Part shown: positions 1 through 11,824 of the stretch, piece after piece
Position numbering within the stretch: the first letter of the stretch is position 1
Layout of the letters: every line of letters begins with the position of its first letter
IMG/VR virus record: IMGVR_UViG_3300046170_000018
Location: 1 to 54,118 of that record
Reading direction: 5' to 3' (one strand)
Origin: a virus
Taxonomy: Duplodnaviria; Caudoviricetes
DNA length: 54,118 nt
Made by a program: the position numbers and the translations under genes
Notes under the pieces: model-generated
What the model was told of the DNA's origin: nothing
The model's database searches: none
Seen by the model: the letters and a program-made list of their open reading frames with translations, nothing else

Positions 1-73
1 AACTGACGATATAGAAGTTGAAGAAAATGAAGAGAAAGAAGAGCCAATAGGCTTAATGGCACGGAGAAAGTAA
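1..73 (+). CDS. C-terminal end of the virion-region protein that starts at 53682 (spans the circular junction)
   Basis: The last 2 nt (GA) plus base 1 give GAA. The frame continues TDDIEVEENEEKEEPIGLMARRK to TAA at 71-73, which overlaps the next ATG (TAATG). Confidence 0.85.
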   Translation, partial: TDDIEVEENEEKEEPIGLMARRK

Positions 74-1686
74 TGAGTTTTTGGACAGGATTTTCAACAG
101 GATTAGCTAGTAGTATAGACAGAGGTTTGCAGTCTGCCATTGAAAGAAGGCAAGGTGAACTTAGCTCTGCTAAAAAGTTTTGGATGCAGAGAGAAGCTAC
201 TAAAAGAGAAAAGTACGAGGCCAAAAAAGAAAAGACAGACGAAGAAGCTCTTGCTGGATACCGGTCTTTATTAGATGCTTTTAAAGGAGATTCTACTAAA
301 GCTAAAGCTGCTTTTGATAGCTTGGCTGAATCAGGTGGTGGTGTTGCTGGCGTAACTTCTTACTTAACTAAAGCAAGAGAACGTGCAGATCAGTTAGGTA
401 GCTATGACATAAGCTTAGACTTTAAAGATTTCAAAGAAGGTGATACTGCTTACACAGGTGGAGAAGCTGGACTTCTTATGCCTGAGTATAAAGGAACACA
501 GTTTAAAGCTGCTACTTATGGTGTAGGTACATCTAAAATAGATGAGTTCTTCGGGCGTGATGGTGATGACACAGATACTGCACGTCTTGAGAAACAAATG
601 AATGTAGGCTTTGATGCAAAACCTGCTACTGCACCTGCCGCAAGTACAGGTTCGTTTGGTTCTGTGGATAGGTCAAGGCTTAGTGCTGCAGAAAAGTATG
701 AACAGGGTCAAGAAGAACGAGGCTTAAATATAGAAGCTAAAAAACTAGGCTTAGATAGAGTAAGGTTAGATATGGATGCTACTGAACTTGGAATGACAAG
801 AACAAGGCAAGCTATGAACCTAGACGCACAAGCTGCAGATTTAGCTAAAGACAAGTTTGCTTCCGCTGAAAAACAACAAGAAATAGATAATAAAAGAGCA
901 GAAGCAGAGGCACTACGTAGACAAACAGAATTAATTATGAGGGCAGAAAAACACGTAGTTGATATGGAAGCTGCTGGCTTATCCGTTGCAGAGCAGAAGC
1001 GTGAGGCAGCAAAAGCTAAACGACATCCTGAATTTGCTAGTTTTGAAAAAGCAATTATATATGCAGAAACTCAACTGGCTAGGTCTGATATTACTGATAT
1101 TGAACGTAAAGACTTTAAACAATTATCAACTGATATGACTGCTGCTGCAATAGCCTATAATAATGAAGTAGAGAATCAAGGCGGTACGGCTATTGAGTTT
1201 GCAAAACAAAGTCTTGATAGTATAGTAGAAAATGCTAGAAAATTTGAGTTAGAAAAAGTTCCGCAAAAAACTATTGGCGATAAAGTTGAGTATGCTATTG
1301 AGGGTAACGAAGCTGCTTACTATGGTGGAATGGATAGAGCATTAAACACTGCTGCAAAAAGACTTACACCTGAAGGTAAATCTATGCCAGCCGAAGCTAA
1401 ACGCTACATTGATTCCTTGCGTGCAGACAATATTCAAAAGGCATATGGCTTTGCTGTTGGTAAAGAGGCAGAATACAAGACAGCCGTTGCGGAAAGTAAA
1501 TCTACTGACAAAATAAACTACGTACCGTGGAACAAAGTTTCAGGATTACAGAATGCTCAACAGCTAACAAAGTATGCTAAAGAAAATATTAAGGCAGGTG
1601 CTGTTGTACCTTTAAAAGAGGATGGTTCGCTTTATGGAATTTGGACAGGTACTAGATTTGTAAAAGCAGAAGATATGGGTAGATAA
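73..1686 (+). CDS. Putative internal virion/ejection protein, 537 aa
   Basis: Long ORF coupled to the upstream stop. N-terminal FxxGFxxG motif, helical/coiled-coil composition, located after the tail genes. Confidence 0.55.
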   Translation: MSFWTGFSTGLASSIDRGLQSAIERRQGELSSAKKFWMQREATKREKYEAKKEKTDEEALAGYRSLLDAFKGDSTKAKAAFDSLAESGGGVAGVTSYLTKARERADQLGSYDISLDFKDFKEGDTAYTGGEAGLLMPEYKGTQFKAATYGVGTSKIDEFFGRDGDDTDTARLEKQMNVGFDAKPATAPAASTGSFGSVDRSRLSAAEKYEQGQEERGLNIEAKKLGLDRVRLDMDATELGMTRTRQAMNLDAQAADLAKDKFASAEKQQEIDNKRAEAEALRRQTELIMRAEKHVVDMEAAGLSVAEQKREAAKAKRHPEFASFEKAIIYAETQLARSDITDIERKDFKQLSTDMTAAAIAYNNEVENQGGTAIEFAKQSLDSIVENARKFELEKVPQKTIGDKVEYAIEGNEAAYYGGMDRALNTAAKRLTPEGKSMPAEAKRYIDSLRADNIQKAYGFAVGKEAEYKTAVAESKSTDKINYVPWNKVSGLQNAQQLTKYAKENIKAGAVVPLKEDGSLYGIWTGTRFVKAEDMGR

Positions 1687-1688
1687 AT

Positions 1689-4600
1689 ATGGCATCGTTA
1701 GATTTTAGTAGTGTCTTTGACGATGATGAAGATGAGGAGCAGAGACAGCAATCAACACCTGCGTCTGCTCCTTCTTCTGTTTCTAAGTTTGATGATGTGT
1801 TTAAAAATGATGAAGAAGAAGTACCTGTCGAGGTACTAGAAGAACCCGCAGAGCAAGATACAACCGCATCTAAGTTTGAGAGTGTATTTGATGATAGCGC
1901 AGACGTTTCTGTAGATGATCCTGTTGTAGAAACACCAGAAGAAACATTCGTGCGTACAGGTGAAGTACCTGAAAGGTACAGGTATGTACCTTCTGTGCCT
2001 ACAGGTGACGCAGAAGTTGATAGAGTAAAGCTAGAACCTATTGATGAGCCTACACCAACAGTGTCAGAACAAACTGACTCTGCGTTTAACTATGCCAGTA
2101 CTGCAAAAACAGCAGAAGAGTTGAGTAGTCTTGGCAGTGTAATACCAGAGGACTTTATAGATGAATCTATAGCAGAACCCTTCCAGCCTATTGTAGAATG
2201 GATTGGTAAAGCAGCGGGTAAAGACATTAGGAATCTTGCCGTAGCTATGGAATTTGTGTCTGATAGCACCGCCAATGTTGGAGTAGCCTTAACTAAAGGA
2301 TTAAAAGCTGTTGGAGTTCCTGTACCCTTTGAAGACAGAGTAGGCGGAGAGAAGTTTGCAGGTGATATGGGTATGATGTTGGAGATGATAGAGGCTGCAG
2401 TTCCGGGTGGTTCAGCGGCTATGCGTCCTGTAAGAAAACTATTTAGAGAAGCTAAACAAACAGCCAAGCTAAAAGCAAAGGGTGAGAAAGCCCGTGCTGA
2501 ACTACTTGACCGTAAGATGAATATTAATAAAGCCAAGGAAGCTACAGCAGAAGAGATAGCAGCTAAGACAACAAGGGCAGAACAGGTAGCTGCAGAAAAT
2601 GTAGACTTAAAAAATGAACTTATCTTAGGCTTTGAGGAACAGACAGGCAAGACTATCTCAACTGTAGTAGACGGTGTGCGTGTAGTTGATAATGAACTAG
2701 CACGTAAGGCAGGTAGAGAAACTGCTGAAGAGATAGATTTTAAAGATACTAGAAGTGAAACTGCTAAAGCATTAGGTATTAGTGATGTAGAGGCTGATGA
2801 TGCAGCTAAACTAGCTGGCGTTGGTGATACACTTACTGCACCTATACTCAAGCCAGAGAAGCTAGATGGTCTAGTTGCTGCAGCCGCCGACCTAAAGACT
2901 AAGTATCCTACAGCGTTTGATAATGATAAGACTGTAATTGATAACCTACTTGACCTGACCATCAATAAAGAATTAATAGCTGGTGATGAACTCATCGACA
3001 CACTGAACAAGTACAATGTATCCTTTGAGGATTACATCCTTACTGTTGTAGGCTCTGGCTCAGAGGCAGGTAAGGTACTCAACAAGCTGTCTCAGATTAA
3101 ACGTGCAAGGCCACTCAATGAGATGCAAGACTTGCAACGTGCAGCTACACAGGCACGTCAGGGTAACATACGTAATAACATCATGCGCTTAGAGGGTATA
3201 CGCCGTGGTGGTCTGGTGTCTCAGCTTGCTACTGCTGCACGTAACCTACAGTCTGCTGGCATTCGTTCACCTATGGATTCACTAGGTAACGTAATGGACA
3301 CTGCCTTGTACAAGCATGGGCGAAGCAAAGGGTGTAGGCGGTAAGGCTGCTGCTGGTGCTAAGTCTCTTATCAGTAAAGAAAACTGGAAAGATAGCTTTG
3401 CCAACATGAAGTATATGTTTGGCCCTGAAAGCAGACTAGATGCCAAAGATTATGTTGACTTTATCTTAGATAGACCTGAACTATCCAAGCAGTTTGACCT
3501 TATGTTCAATCAGCTTAATGAACTTCAGCAAGCAACAGGGCGTGGACAGGCAACTACTAAGCTAGGCAAGGGTGTAGACTACCGTGCTATCCGAACTTGA
3601 GGATGGTGTCAGTGTACTTAACAGTGCTAACCGCTGGCAAGAATACCTTGTAAGGCGAGGGTTCATTCCTTGGTGAATTGGAACGCCTTAGTTAAAGCGT
3701 GAGTATAAGATTGATCTTAATTGACACCCTTAATGAAGGCAAGATTAAAGACTTGCTGAACGACTCTACAACTGTTCGTCCTAAAGGTGCCTAGATCATT
3801 TAATGAGTTAGTAGCAGACGCAACTAATAAAGCACTAGATGTAACCTACGCAAAGCAGCCTGACATCGGTGTGTTCAGAGAAGCTACATCATTCATTACT
3901 CGTAATGGTTTGACTGTTGTAATGCCCTTCCCACGCTTTATGTTTAACTCAATGGAGTTGATGGGTAACTATGCGGGTGGAGTATCCATACCGTTATCAA
4001 AGAAAATTGCAAACATAGTAACTCGTGGTGAGGCATTCACAGAAATGGGTGGCCCTTTAAGTGCTAAAGACCGCCAGCGTATCTCACGTAACTTAGTGGG
4101 CATAGGTGCGGTTGGTGCAGCTTACATGGCTCGTACAAGTGACGATGCACCTGCAGATTATAAAGAAATTAGTGTAGGTGATGGTACAGTTATGGATACC
4201 ACACCACAGTTTCCTCTACGTCAGATGCTGTATTTAGGTGAGGCAACTAAGCGTATAAAGGATGGCACATTCGATGACTTCTTTAATGCAAGGGAGTTCT
4301 TTGAGACATTCTTAGGCACTAACATACGTACAGGTGTTGGTAACAGCATCGTAGATGAAGTTGTTCAACTAGCAGGTGATTCTGATTTGACTAGGGATGA
4401 AGCTGCAGCAAGGCGAGTAGGCCGTGCGCTAGGTAACTATCTATCTACGTGGGCTGTACCATTTGCACAAATAATTGATACTGAACGTGCGCTAGGTAGA
4501 CGTGGAGAAACATATAAGGACGTAGCGCAAGACCCTACACTAGCGTTTGGTTCTACGTTTGAGAAAGAAATTAAACGACCCTTTGAAGCTAGAGGACTGA

Positions 4601-5283
4601 TAGCAAGGGATGTGCGAATAAATAAAGATGGTACTGTAAATGAAAGAGATGCAGACCTAGACATAAATGAGGATGGTGTAATAACAGAAGATGAACAACC
4701 TAAACGTGAACGCTTATTCCAAGAGGAATCAAGTAGAGTAGGTTCAGCATTGAAGGTGGGGCTAGGTCTTACCCTGAGAACGCAGGATAGTGAAGAGGGT
4801 GAATATATTAAACGCCTTGGCTTAACTGAGTTTGAATTGGGTAGTACATCTAAAGTACCAAGTATACGTAGATTTGAGAATGCTCAATTGCGTGACATCA
4901 TACCCGGTATTGTGGCTGCAGCACAGGCGTATGAAGAAGAATCTCGTGAAGAGTATCGTGACAGTGAGGTGCTACAAGAACGTAACATGCTTGGTATAAA
5001 GAAAATGACGGAGCAAGAGTTTGTAAACAGTCGTATCAAACCTCTCATCACAACTCAGATTAAAGCCGCCAAAAGAAATCTGTCGGATGGTAAAAAAGTA
5101 AAAGCGGATGCACCTGTATACATAAAAGCAATGACAGCCTATCGTAGACTTCCATCTGATGTACGTGTAAATGCTGCATCGGAGTTCTTACTACGTGAAG
5201 GTAGGCCAGCAGACGGTGCTGACGTAGAAGATTTATCTAAATTAGTTGAGTATGGTAAGGCAGTAAGAGAAGCATACAAATAA
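1689..5283 (+). CDS. Large internal virion/ejection protein (~1200 aa), broken by probable sequencing frameshifts at ~3310-3345 and ~3580-3790
   Basis: ORFs 1689-3344, 3316-3600 and 3787-5283 are collinear with no RBS-like restarts. Acidic N-terminus. PFPRF motif typical of large podoviral ejection proteins. Last gene of the structural arm. Confidence 0.6.
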
Positions 5284-5313
5284 AAACAGGGGAACTAAAT
5301 CCCCTGCTCCTTT
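5282..5313. terminator. Intrinsic terminator at the convergence of the two arms, probably bidirectional
   Basis: CAGGGGA-ACTAAA-TCCCCTG stem (5287-5306), A5 on the left (U-tract for the minus strand) and CTCCTTT on the right. Confidence 0.75.
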
Positions 5314-5368
5314 ACTAGTATATGTAGCAAGTACATATACAACATAGCTATTATACCTAACAGTATAA

Positions 5369-5743
5369 TCAACGGTTATCCCCACTACCACCTAGCTTAC
5401 CTCTAGCCTGTCTATCTGCAAGCTTCTCTATATTATCTTCCATTACCTTACCTAGATTAACGCCTAGTTCTCGTGACAGTACAGCTATGTACCAGCATAC
5501 GTCACCTAGTTCCTTTGTAATCTCTGCACGTTTAGCTGGGTTATCGCCATCACGTATCAGCTTCTTAGCCTTGTTAGCAATCTCACCTGCCTCACCTGCC
5601 AGTCCTAACGTCAAGTACGCTAGGGCTGTTTCTTTTGGAAAGATGGCTGTGTTACAAGCTTTGTTTTGGTAGTCTGCTGCTGTAATGCTACTCATTTGTT
5701 TCTCCTTCATCCACTGTTTAACTTCCTGCTCTAGCTTTTTCAT
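5369..5743 (-). CDS. mazG: MazG-like nucleotide pyrophosphohydrolase
   Basis: LGLAGEAGEIANKAKK...KELGDVCWY...NIEKL motifs of the single-domain phage MazG family. Confidence 0.9.
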   Translation of the reverse strand: MKKLEQEVKQWMKEKQMSSITAADYQNKACNTAIFPKETALAYLTLGLAGEAGEIANKAKKLIRDGDNPAKRAEITKELGDVCWYIAVLSRELGVNLGKVMEDNIEKLADRQARGKLGGSGDNR

Positions 5744-5924
5744 CCCGTTGCACCTTCTGTAGATTCACATGGTAGGCAGTGTTCCAGCCTCTATGCCACT
5801 CCCTTGCTTGCATCGTGTTTGGATCAATGGGGCAGGTTAACTTTCCCTTTTGAAATGCTTCCTGACCCCACTCGTATTGAATCCTAAGTGGAGCATCATA
5901 CTTTGTTAGTCCGTTACGCCGCAT
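5718..5924 (-). CDS. Small protein with ribosome modulation factor (Rmf/CrpP)-like signature
   Basis: YEWGQEAFQKGKLTCPIDPNTMQAREWHRGW fits the RMF pattern GxxAxxxG...CP...RxxWxxGW. AGGAG RBS upstream. Confidence 0.6.
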   Translation of the reverse strand: MRRNGLTKYDAPLRIQYEWGQEAFQKGKLTCPIDPNTMQAREWHRGWNTAYHVNLQKVQRDEKARAGS

Positions 5925-5956
5925 CTACATTCTCCTGTACCTGATAATTGAACAAC

Positions 5957-6451
5957 TTAATTGCTGTTAACCTTGTCAATCTTAAACCACTCTCCCTTAC
6001 GTTCTTCAGAAAAGTGTTCAAATATTTTGTGCATCTCACGTTCCTTAATGTGACGATTATCAGTAGCTAAAGTAGCTACTATTTCATAGTCCCTAAAGGG
6101 AGAAGACGTTTGATACCCGTTTAATCTGTCAGAAGATGACACAGCTTTGCCTACCTTTACCCAATCAGGCCAAGCAGTATTGATAATAATGTAGACTTCA
6201 CCTTGATCTATACTCTCAATTTTGTTGTGTGACCAAGCGTCATCTAGTGATTTGTACCTACCCGGTTTGTGCAATGGATGCGTTTTTGGAATATACTTTC
6301 CATTGACAAACATACGAGTTAAGTTTTTCTTTGCGTGGGATTTAATCCTTCGTCTATTACCGTCTCCGGGTTGTACATACCACCACTCACCATCTTCAAA
6401 GATGGCTTCTGACTTTACATAATTTTTATCTATTTTTATCATGTCCAGCAT
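5957..6451 (-). CDS. GIY-YIG superfamily (T5orf172-like) protein
   Basis: GEVYII...WVKVGKA...RLNGYQTSSP...EREMH...GEWF. Confidence 0.75.
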   Translation of the reverse strand: MLDMIKIDKNYVKSEAIFEDGEWWYVQPGDGNRRRIKSHAKKNLTRMFVNGKYIPKTHPLHKPGRYKSLDDAWSHNKIESIDQGEVYIIINTAWPDWVKVGKAVSSSDRLNGYQTSSPFRDYEIVATLATDNRHIKEREMHKIFEHFSEERKGEWFKIDKVNSN

Positions 6452-6486
6452 ACTACTCTCCTGAGTCAGTTTTTTCTGTTTCTACA

Positions 6487-6672
6487 CTAGCAATCAGCAT
6501 CTTGCTGAAGGCATCCTGCTGCTACATTAGTTGATCCATAGTCAAATCTAGCTTGGGCAATACTTGCTTTCAAGTTGAGTACCTGATTAACCATACTCTT
6601 CTGGTTATCCTCTAGCTCTTCGAAGTCATACTCTTTACCATCAATGGTAATCATTCGGTTCTCTTCATTCAT
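6487..6672 (-). CDS. Hypothetical protein (MNEENRMITIDGKEYD...), C-terminus probably frameshifted
   Basis: GGAG RBS upstream of the ATG at 6672. ITIDGKEY followed by a coiled coil. Confidence 0.55.
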   Translation of the reverse strand: MNEENRMITIDGKEYDFEELEDNQKSMVNQVLNLKASIAQARFDYGSTNVAAGCLQQDADC

Positions 6673-6784
6673 TCTCTTTCTCCTTTTCTTTCTGTTTAAG
6701 TTTCTGCCACTCTTCATAACTAGGATGGCTACGTGGGGGTTGTACTGTACCCAACCATCCCCACGCTTCCACACTAACTTACCA

Positions 6785-8717
6785 CTAGCTGCTGCGATGT
6801 CAACTATTTCACACACCCCTGCAGTACAGGCTAACTCACGCCCACCTGAAGTGGTGTCTTCCTTTTCAAAGTCACTGCAGCTTAGACCAGTCTACCTTCT
6901 TAGGCATCTTCTTCTTGAACTCAGCTGTACTGTTCAGCATCAATGTCCTGATAAGGTGCTTGCTGATATGTATGCTCACTGAATGGCAGGAAGCTAATAC
7001 CTGACACCTCATCAAAATGTTCGTACACCCAAGCACCTACATCCATCCACTCATTCTCTTTGACTGAGATAGTGACTGAAGGCTTGTGTTCACACCAATG
7101 ACGCTGATAGGTGAGCCACAGTTCAAGCTGTTCAATGGCAGTCATACCAGTACGTGTTACCGCACCGTTGGGTGACTTCATCGGGAAGCTAAACACTGTA
7201 GTGCTATCAGGCTTCATTACGTCAGGCTCCGCTGGGATACCTTCAGCAACCAAGAACTGTGTCAGTGGGTCTTTGTTATCGCCACGTACTGTACGAATGT
7301 AGTACGGGTTGTGACGTGCATGAATACCACTGGCTGCATCAGTAAGCTGCGACACAGTACCACTAGGCTTGACACAAGTGACAGCCGTAGACTGCGGGAT
7401 TTTAAGCTGCTTAGACATAGCTTCGTTAACAATCACTGCCTCTGCACGTAAAATTTCAAGTGCAGTCTCTAGCTTACCACCAGAAGTAGCAGTCAAGGAA
7501 TTGTCCATGATGCCTGTCAGTGACACGCCAAGCAACCGTTCTTCTTCAGTATTCTTCTGCCAAATCTTACGCAGATACTTGAAGTTAGTTAGTGTCGCTT
7601 GGAATGTGCCAAGGATTGTAGCCAATCGTACCTTCTCTTTTAGTGTAGCAAGAGTATCTGACTCACGTACTACTACCTCAGACAAGTTACAGAACTGGTA
7701 TGGACGCAAGATAATTTCACTGCAAGGGTTGCAACCGAAATCATGTTCTGTCTCACGTCTACCATTCTTTTCTGCCTGCTTCTTAGCTGACTGACGATTG
7801 AAGATGCCACGCTCACCTGACTTACTGTCGTATAAAGACAACCACTCACGCATAAATGTACCCATCTCAGGTTTAGTCTTGTATGCAACAGAGTTATTAG
7901 CCAATGCACGTTGACCCTCATTCTCCCACCACTGACCCGACTTGGCATGCGCCATCTGATCATCGTTAAGATTAGACAATGAAATCAATGCACTACGGCG
8001 TACACCACCGACAACTACAACCTCACCAATCTTACACATGATGTCGTGACACTCAATTGGATACAGCCTACGTCCAGCAGCACCCTTGAACTTTTGAATA
8101 CAGAACTCAAACAATTCAATAAGGGGCTGTGGACCTGATGCACGACCACCAAATGTCTTTAGCCGTGCGCCAGCAGGACGTACTTCGCTGACATCGAACT
8201 TAGGTATTTGTCCACTGTACAGCATAGCAATTAATTCTTTCAGTGACTTAGACCAACCCGGACGTGAATCACCTACCTTAATTACTGTATCTGTATTATG
8301 GAACTCTTCGCTAACCATAGGTAGCTTCTCAATGCAATGACGCTCAACGCTGAAGCCAACGCCAGTGCCACACATCAAGATGTACATAGACTCGTCAAAG
8401 GCACGAGGGCTATCTACAGGTACGTATGAACAGTTATATCCACCTACGTGGCAACGATCTAGTGCTGGCCCAGCAGTCATCAATGCCCTCATGCTAGGCA
8501 TGATAGCTTGGTTGAGAACAGCTTCCTCTAACTCACCTCTTAGTGTATCTGGTAGCTTATAGCCATGCTTAGAGAGTAGATGACCAGCCATATAATCAAA
8601 GTATCTAGTGACAGTTTCACCCCATGTCTCCCTTCGTTGTTCGTCTTCTTTCCATCGTGCGTACCTAGATAGCGCAATGAAATTCTGGTAGTCTGTTGGT
8701 AATTGATTACTGATCAT
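6785..8717 (-). CDS. nrdJ: Class II (adenosylcobalamin-dependent) ribonucleotide reductase; frameshifts near 6920 and 6875, exact end uncertain
   Basis: PSMR, GYNCSY, GGVRRSA, GCNPCSEI and TCVKPSGT motifs. The C-terminal redox pair ACTAGVCE is present in a shifted frame at ~6810-6835. No beta subunit gene is present. Confidence 0.92.
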
Positions 8718-8722
8718 AGCTA

Positions 8723-8881
8723 TTACTCCGTTACAGTTCTTATATGTCTAATAGTGGCACCTTCAATATCATAGAAGTATTCTTGTATGCCATCCTGAAT
8801 CTCTTCTCCCACCCTGCCATCAGCAGGTATCGGGTAATCCTCTTCGTCTACATCTAAAGTAATAAACATCTTAACTCGCAT
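8723..8881 (-). CDS. Hypothetical acidic protein, 52 aa (MRVKMFITLDVDEEDYPIPADG...)
   Basis: Read manually, below the ORF track cutoff. Fills the gap between DUF3310 and RNR. Confidence 0.65.
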   Translation of the reverse strand: MRVKMFITLDVDEEDYPIPADGRVGEEIQDGIQEYFYDIEGATIRHIRTVTE

Positions 8882-9167
8882 CTGCCATTACCTCTTCGAT
8901 CAACTTGTCCAAGTACCACTTGGCCTTTTGCAAATCCTCAATGGGTTTGTCTTTATAATCAAACCGCCAGAGATATTTCATAATGTTACCTTGCAGGTAA
9001 TACTTAAACCCATCACTAGTGGCAGCAGAGATAGCATGAATACATTCGATGCCAGTCTGGTTGTAGTGTGGTGGGCTGTTGACCATATCAACATTACCCC
9101 AAGCTTTTTTACCTGCTTGTTCATTCTCTTCCATCATCTTAGCTTTCATAAATGCATCATGTCTCAT
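8871..9167 (-). CDS. DUF3310 family protein (T7 gp1.7-like nucleotide kinase)
   Basis: DMVNSPPHY...ECI...GNIMKYLWR...K...EDLQKAKWYL. Confidence 0.85.
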   Translation of the reverse strand: MRHDAFMKAKMMEENEQAGKKAWGNVDMVNSPPHYNQTGIECIHAISAATSDGFKYYLQGNIMKYLWRFDYKDKPIEDLQKAKWYLDKLIEEVMADAS

Positions 9168-9541
9168 GCTGAACCTCCTGTCTTTGTATTAAAGGATAGG
9201 TGTACTACATTACCATCGTAACTTTTTTCTACACCTGCTTCTTCCTCATCCTCTAGTTGTACATCAATATCCATCTCTTTGTCAATAACATTGATAACAT
9301 ATTCGTGTACAACATCTCGCATCTCTTGTACTTCTTCCATAATAGGAACAGATGCACACATCATTTTACAGAAGTGCATTACATGATAATAGTCGTCATC
9401 ATCCATAGGATTATCTGGCATAGCAATAACAGATATATCAATCTCACCATTCCACGCACCCTCGTCATTAGCAAAGGGACGGATTCGTATAAGGAAATCT
9501 TCTTCGTTAACCTCAGTCATTAGTTTCTTTAGCATGTCCAT
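9164..9541 (-). CDS. Hypothetical acidic protein
   Basis: 125 aa ORF translationally coupled within the operon. Confidence 0.7.
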   Translation of the reverse strand: MDMLKKLMTEVNEEDFLIRIRPFANDEGAWNGEIDISVIAMPDNPMDDDDYYHVMHFCKMMCASVPIMEEVQEMRDVVHEYVINVIDKEMDIDVQLEDEEEAGVEKSYDGNVVHLSFNTKTGGSA

Positions 9542-9544
9542 ATG

Positions 9545-10003
9545 TTATCTCCTTTTTACTTTAGTTCCATTGTATTTGATGAAAGCACTGTGCTTGTTTT
9601 TACCCTTCTCTTTTAACCAGTCTTCAGGAATGATGCGGTCATAATACCTGAAACCCTTTTTAATACACCATTCAGCGTATGTACTTTTAGCACCCTTACG
9701 TAGCTTGCTATTACTATTGGTGAATACGAAACGAATGTCAAGCTTAGGATGCTGTTTCTTAATAGCAACGTGTTTACGTCTATCTGCTGCTGTAAACAAT
9801 CCTTTCGTCTCAATTATAATTCCGTTATCCAGCACAAAGTCTGGGGTGTAGGTGCGGTAGGCTAGGTCTTCCCATTCAATCTTAATGCATTCGTAACCGT
9901 AGTTGATGTTACGTTCTTTAAGATACTCTGAGACTTTAAGCTCTAGCCCACTGCGATACCCGTACTTTTTAGCTGCAGCAAATCGCTTTGCGTTATGGAG
10001 CAA
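9545..10003 (-). CDS. T7 endonuclease I-like Holliday junction resolvase
   Basis: YRSGLE, YTPDF, IIETKG, DRRKH, IRFVF motifs. Confidence 0.92.
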   Translation of the reverse strand: MLHNAKRFAAAKKYGYRSGLELKVSEYLKERNINYGYECIKIEWEDLAYRTYTPDFVLDNGIIIETKGLFTAADRRKHVAIKKQHPKLDIRFVFTNSNSKLRKGAKSTYAEWCIKKGFRYYDRIIPEDWLKEKGKNKHSAFIKYNGTKVKRR

Positions 10004-10853
10004 CTACATCTCCGATATAGCTAACCGTTGGCGGGTTCTTTGCCTGCGACATTACAGCAGGACGCTCAGTAAGATTAGACCAACAGTCAAAACGATAGCT
10101 ACAAAATTTACATCCGTTATTGAGGACTTTATTACCTGTGGGCTTACCACGAAAAGTCTCAGGCACTGGTTCAAAACATCTCTCAAATTTATTCTCCTTC
10201 ACTGTTGCTACCGTATTCTTAATCTTAGCGATTTCCTCGTCTAAGTTAAGTTCACTAGCTGGTACATATTTAAAGGCACCATTGGCTTTGTTTACAACCC
10301 ACCAGCCTCCGACTTTTTTTCCAGACGCTTTGGCATAACCAGCAAGCTGGGATACATAACCGAATCCATCTCCACTAGCAAGGGCGTTGTAGGATTCAAA
10401 TTTATTTCTGTATGACCAGTCTGAAGCCGATTTAATATCATCAACTGCACCGTTAATGACAATATCATATGACCCACGAATAGTGTCATCGCCAAGGGTT
10501 AAGAGTGACTTTTTCAGAATCATTGTATTTTACTCCCGCTTCTTTTAAAAGACCTTTGAACACTGCTTCTACAATGTCTCCGATCATCAGTGTTCATCAT
10601 AAAATTAGTCGGCATAGGTAACGCTACCTCTGGCTTATTCTTTTCATACCAGAGTTGGGCAAGTGGGGCGACCCACATTAGACATTCGTATTCTGAAATC
10701 GCCCCTACTCTTACCACTGCCAAACTGCCTACGCAACGCATCGGCTACATCTGTGGATACCTGTTGAATGGGTTTCCTCAGTCATAGCACTATCGCCACG
10801 AACCGCATCAGTCATGTACTGATGCAGCGTGTAGTTCAGGCGGGATGGTTCAT
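9993..10853 (-). CDS. PD-(D/E)xK (Cas4/RecB-like) exonuclease, with several probable sequencing frameshifts
   Basis: ATG at 10853 (MNHPA). RMSNVGR..CQLWY, GDIVE, GSYD...DDIKS, YVSQLAGY and CKFCSYRFDC motifs are spread over shifted frames. Confidence 0.75.
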
Positions 10854-11762
10854 TATGCAGCATCCTCTTCATCAATCTCAATGTCAACGATACCATCTAC
10901 CACATCTACATTCGTCATCACTCATGCGTTCAGTCGCTTTTCCGACCAAGAGTTAAGAATGTAACTGTTGTAGTTATCTACCCAAGAAACGAAGTCAGCA
11001 AACAAAGTATTCTCTTCTTTGCCTAACTCTAACTTATTAGTGATGTCCAAATCTGCCAAAGGAACGTAGTATGACGCACCAGTTGGAATCTTGCGTTCAT
11101 CACACTTCAGACTAATTATGTGGTGTATTGGAAGCAATGACATTTTTGCTAGTGTTGCAAAACTGTTACCCAACTCTTTAAATGCATCACGGTTATCAAT
11201 CTCCCAGACAAAAGGTGTATCCTGAATGTCAACAGAGTTTCCCTTGTCGTCCATAGGATTAATCATCTCCACTGTACCAAGAATAACACGTACCCGCTTA
11301 ATTGCTTTTAGCAGGTCCTGCATTTTCTCTGGCAATGCCTTAAAGTCTTTGATGTATCCAGCAGTTTTACCACAGTTAAAACCACCATCATTATCCTTTA
11401 GGTCTGACTCCATCTTAGCATCAGTTGTCATAAGGCTTTTAATGTAGCGATTAGGGGATTTTCCAGTAGCCTGTACAAAACGCTTGTACATAAACCGCTG
11501 TAGGAACGGACGCAGCTTAATCTCTGAAGCGTAGTAAGTTCGGGCCATCTGGAATCTCCAGCTTGTATGTGCCTGCCTTCTACAACCTCAACATTAACTT
11601 TCTTACCGTTGACGTCGGCTGGCCCCATAATTGGGGAAGTGATGTAATGCGTAGACGTGCTAAAGAACGACTGAAGAGACCTGTTTGTTTCTCATTAGCA
11701 ATGCCCATAGCCTCAGCCATAGCCGCATAGTTGTTTGTATCAATAGTCGTAAGTTGTGACAT
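10853..11762 (-). CDS. Putative single-stranded DNA-binding protein, frameshifted
   Basis: ORF fragments 11580-11762, 11428-11628 and 10922-11548 join. Acidic C-terminal tail (..VDIEIDEEDAA*). Lies between polymerase and exonuclease. Confidence 0.5.
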
Positions 11763-11795
11763 ATATTTCTCCTTTCATAAAAACAATGAGACATA

Positions 11796-11824
11796 GTTAT
11801 ATCATGCTACGTCTTTAACGTCAA
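11796..11824 (-). promoter_or_regulatory. Sigma70-type promoter for the SSB/nuclease/RNR block
   Basis: TTGACG-17 nt-TATAAC(T) on the minus strand, overlapping the polymerase stop. Confidence 0.7.

Noticed and set aside
2090-3016. Long antisense ORFs (e.g. 2090-3016, 23135-23704, 42025-42687)
   Set aside because: These are shadow frames of real genes, with no RBS and Ser/Leu-rich composition.
6487-6816. 109-aa ORF as a single gene
   Set aside because: It is a chimera of the RNR C-terminus, a small intervening ORF and the gene starting at 6672, produced by indels.
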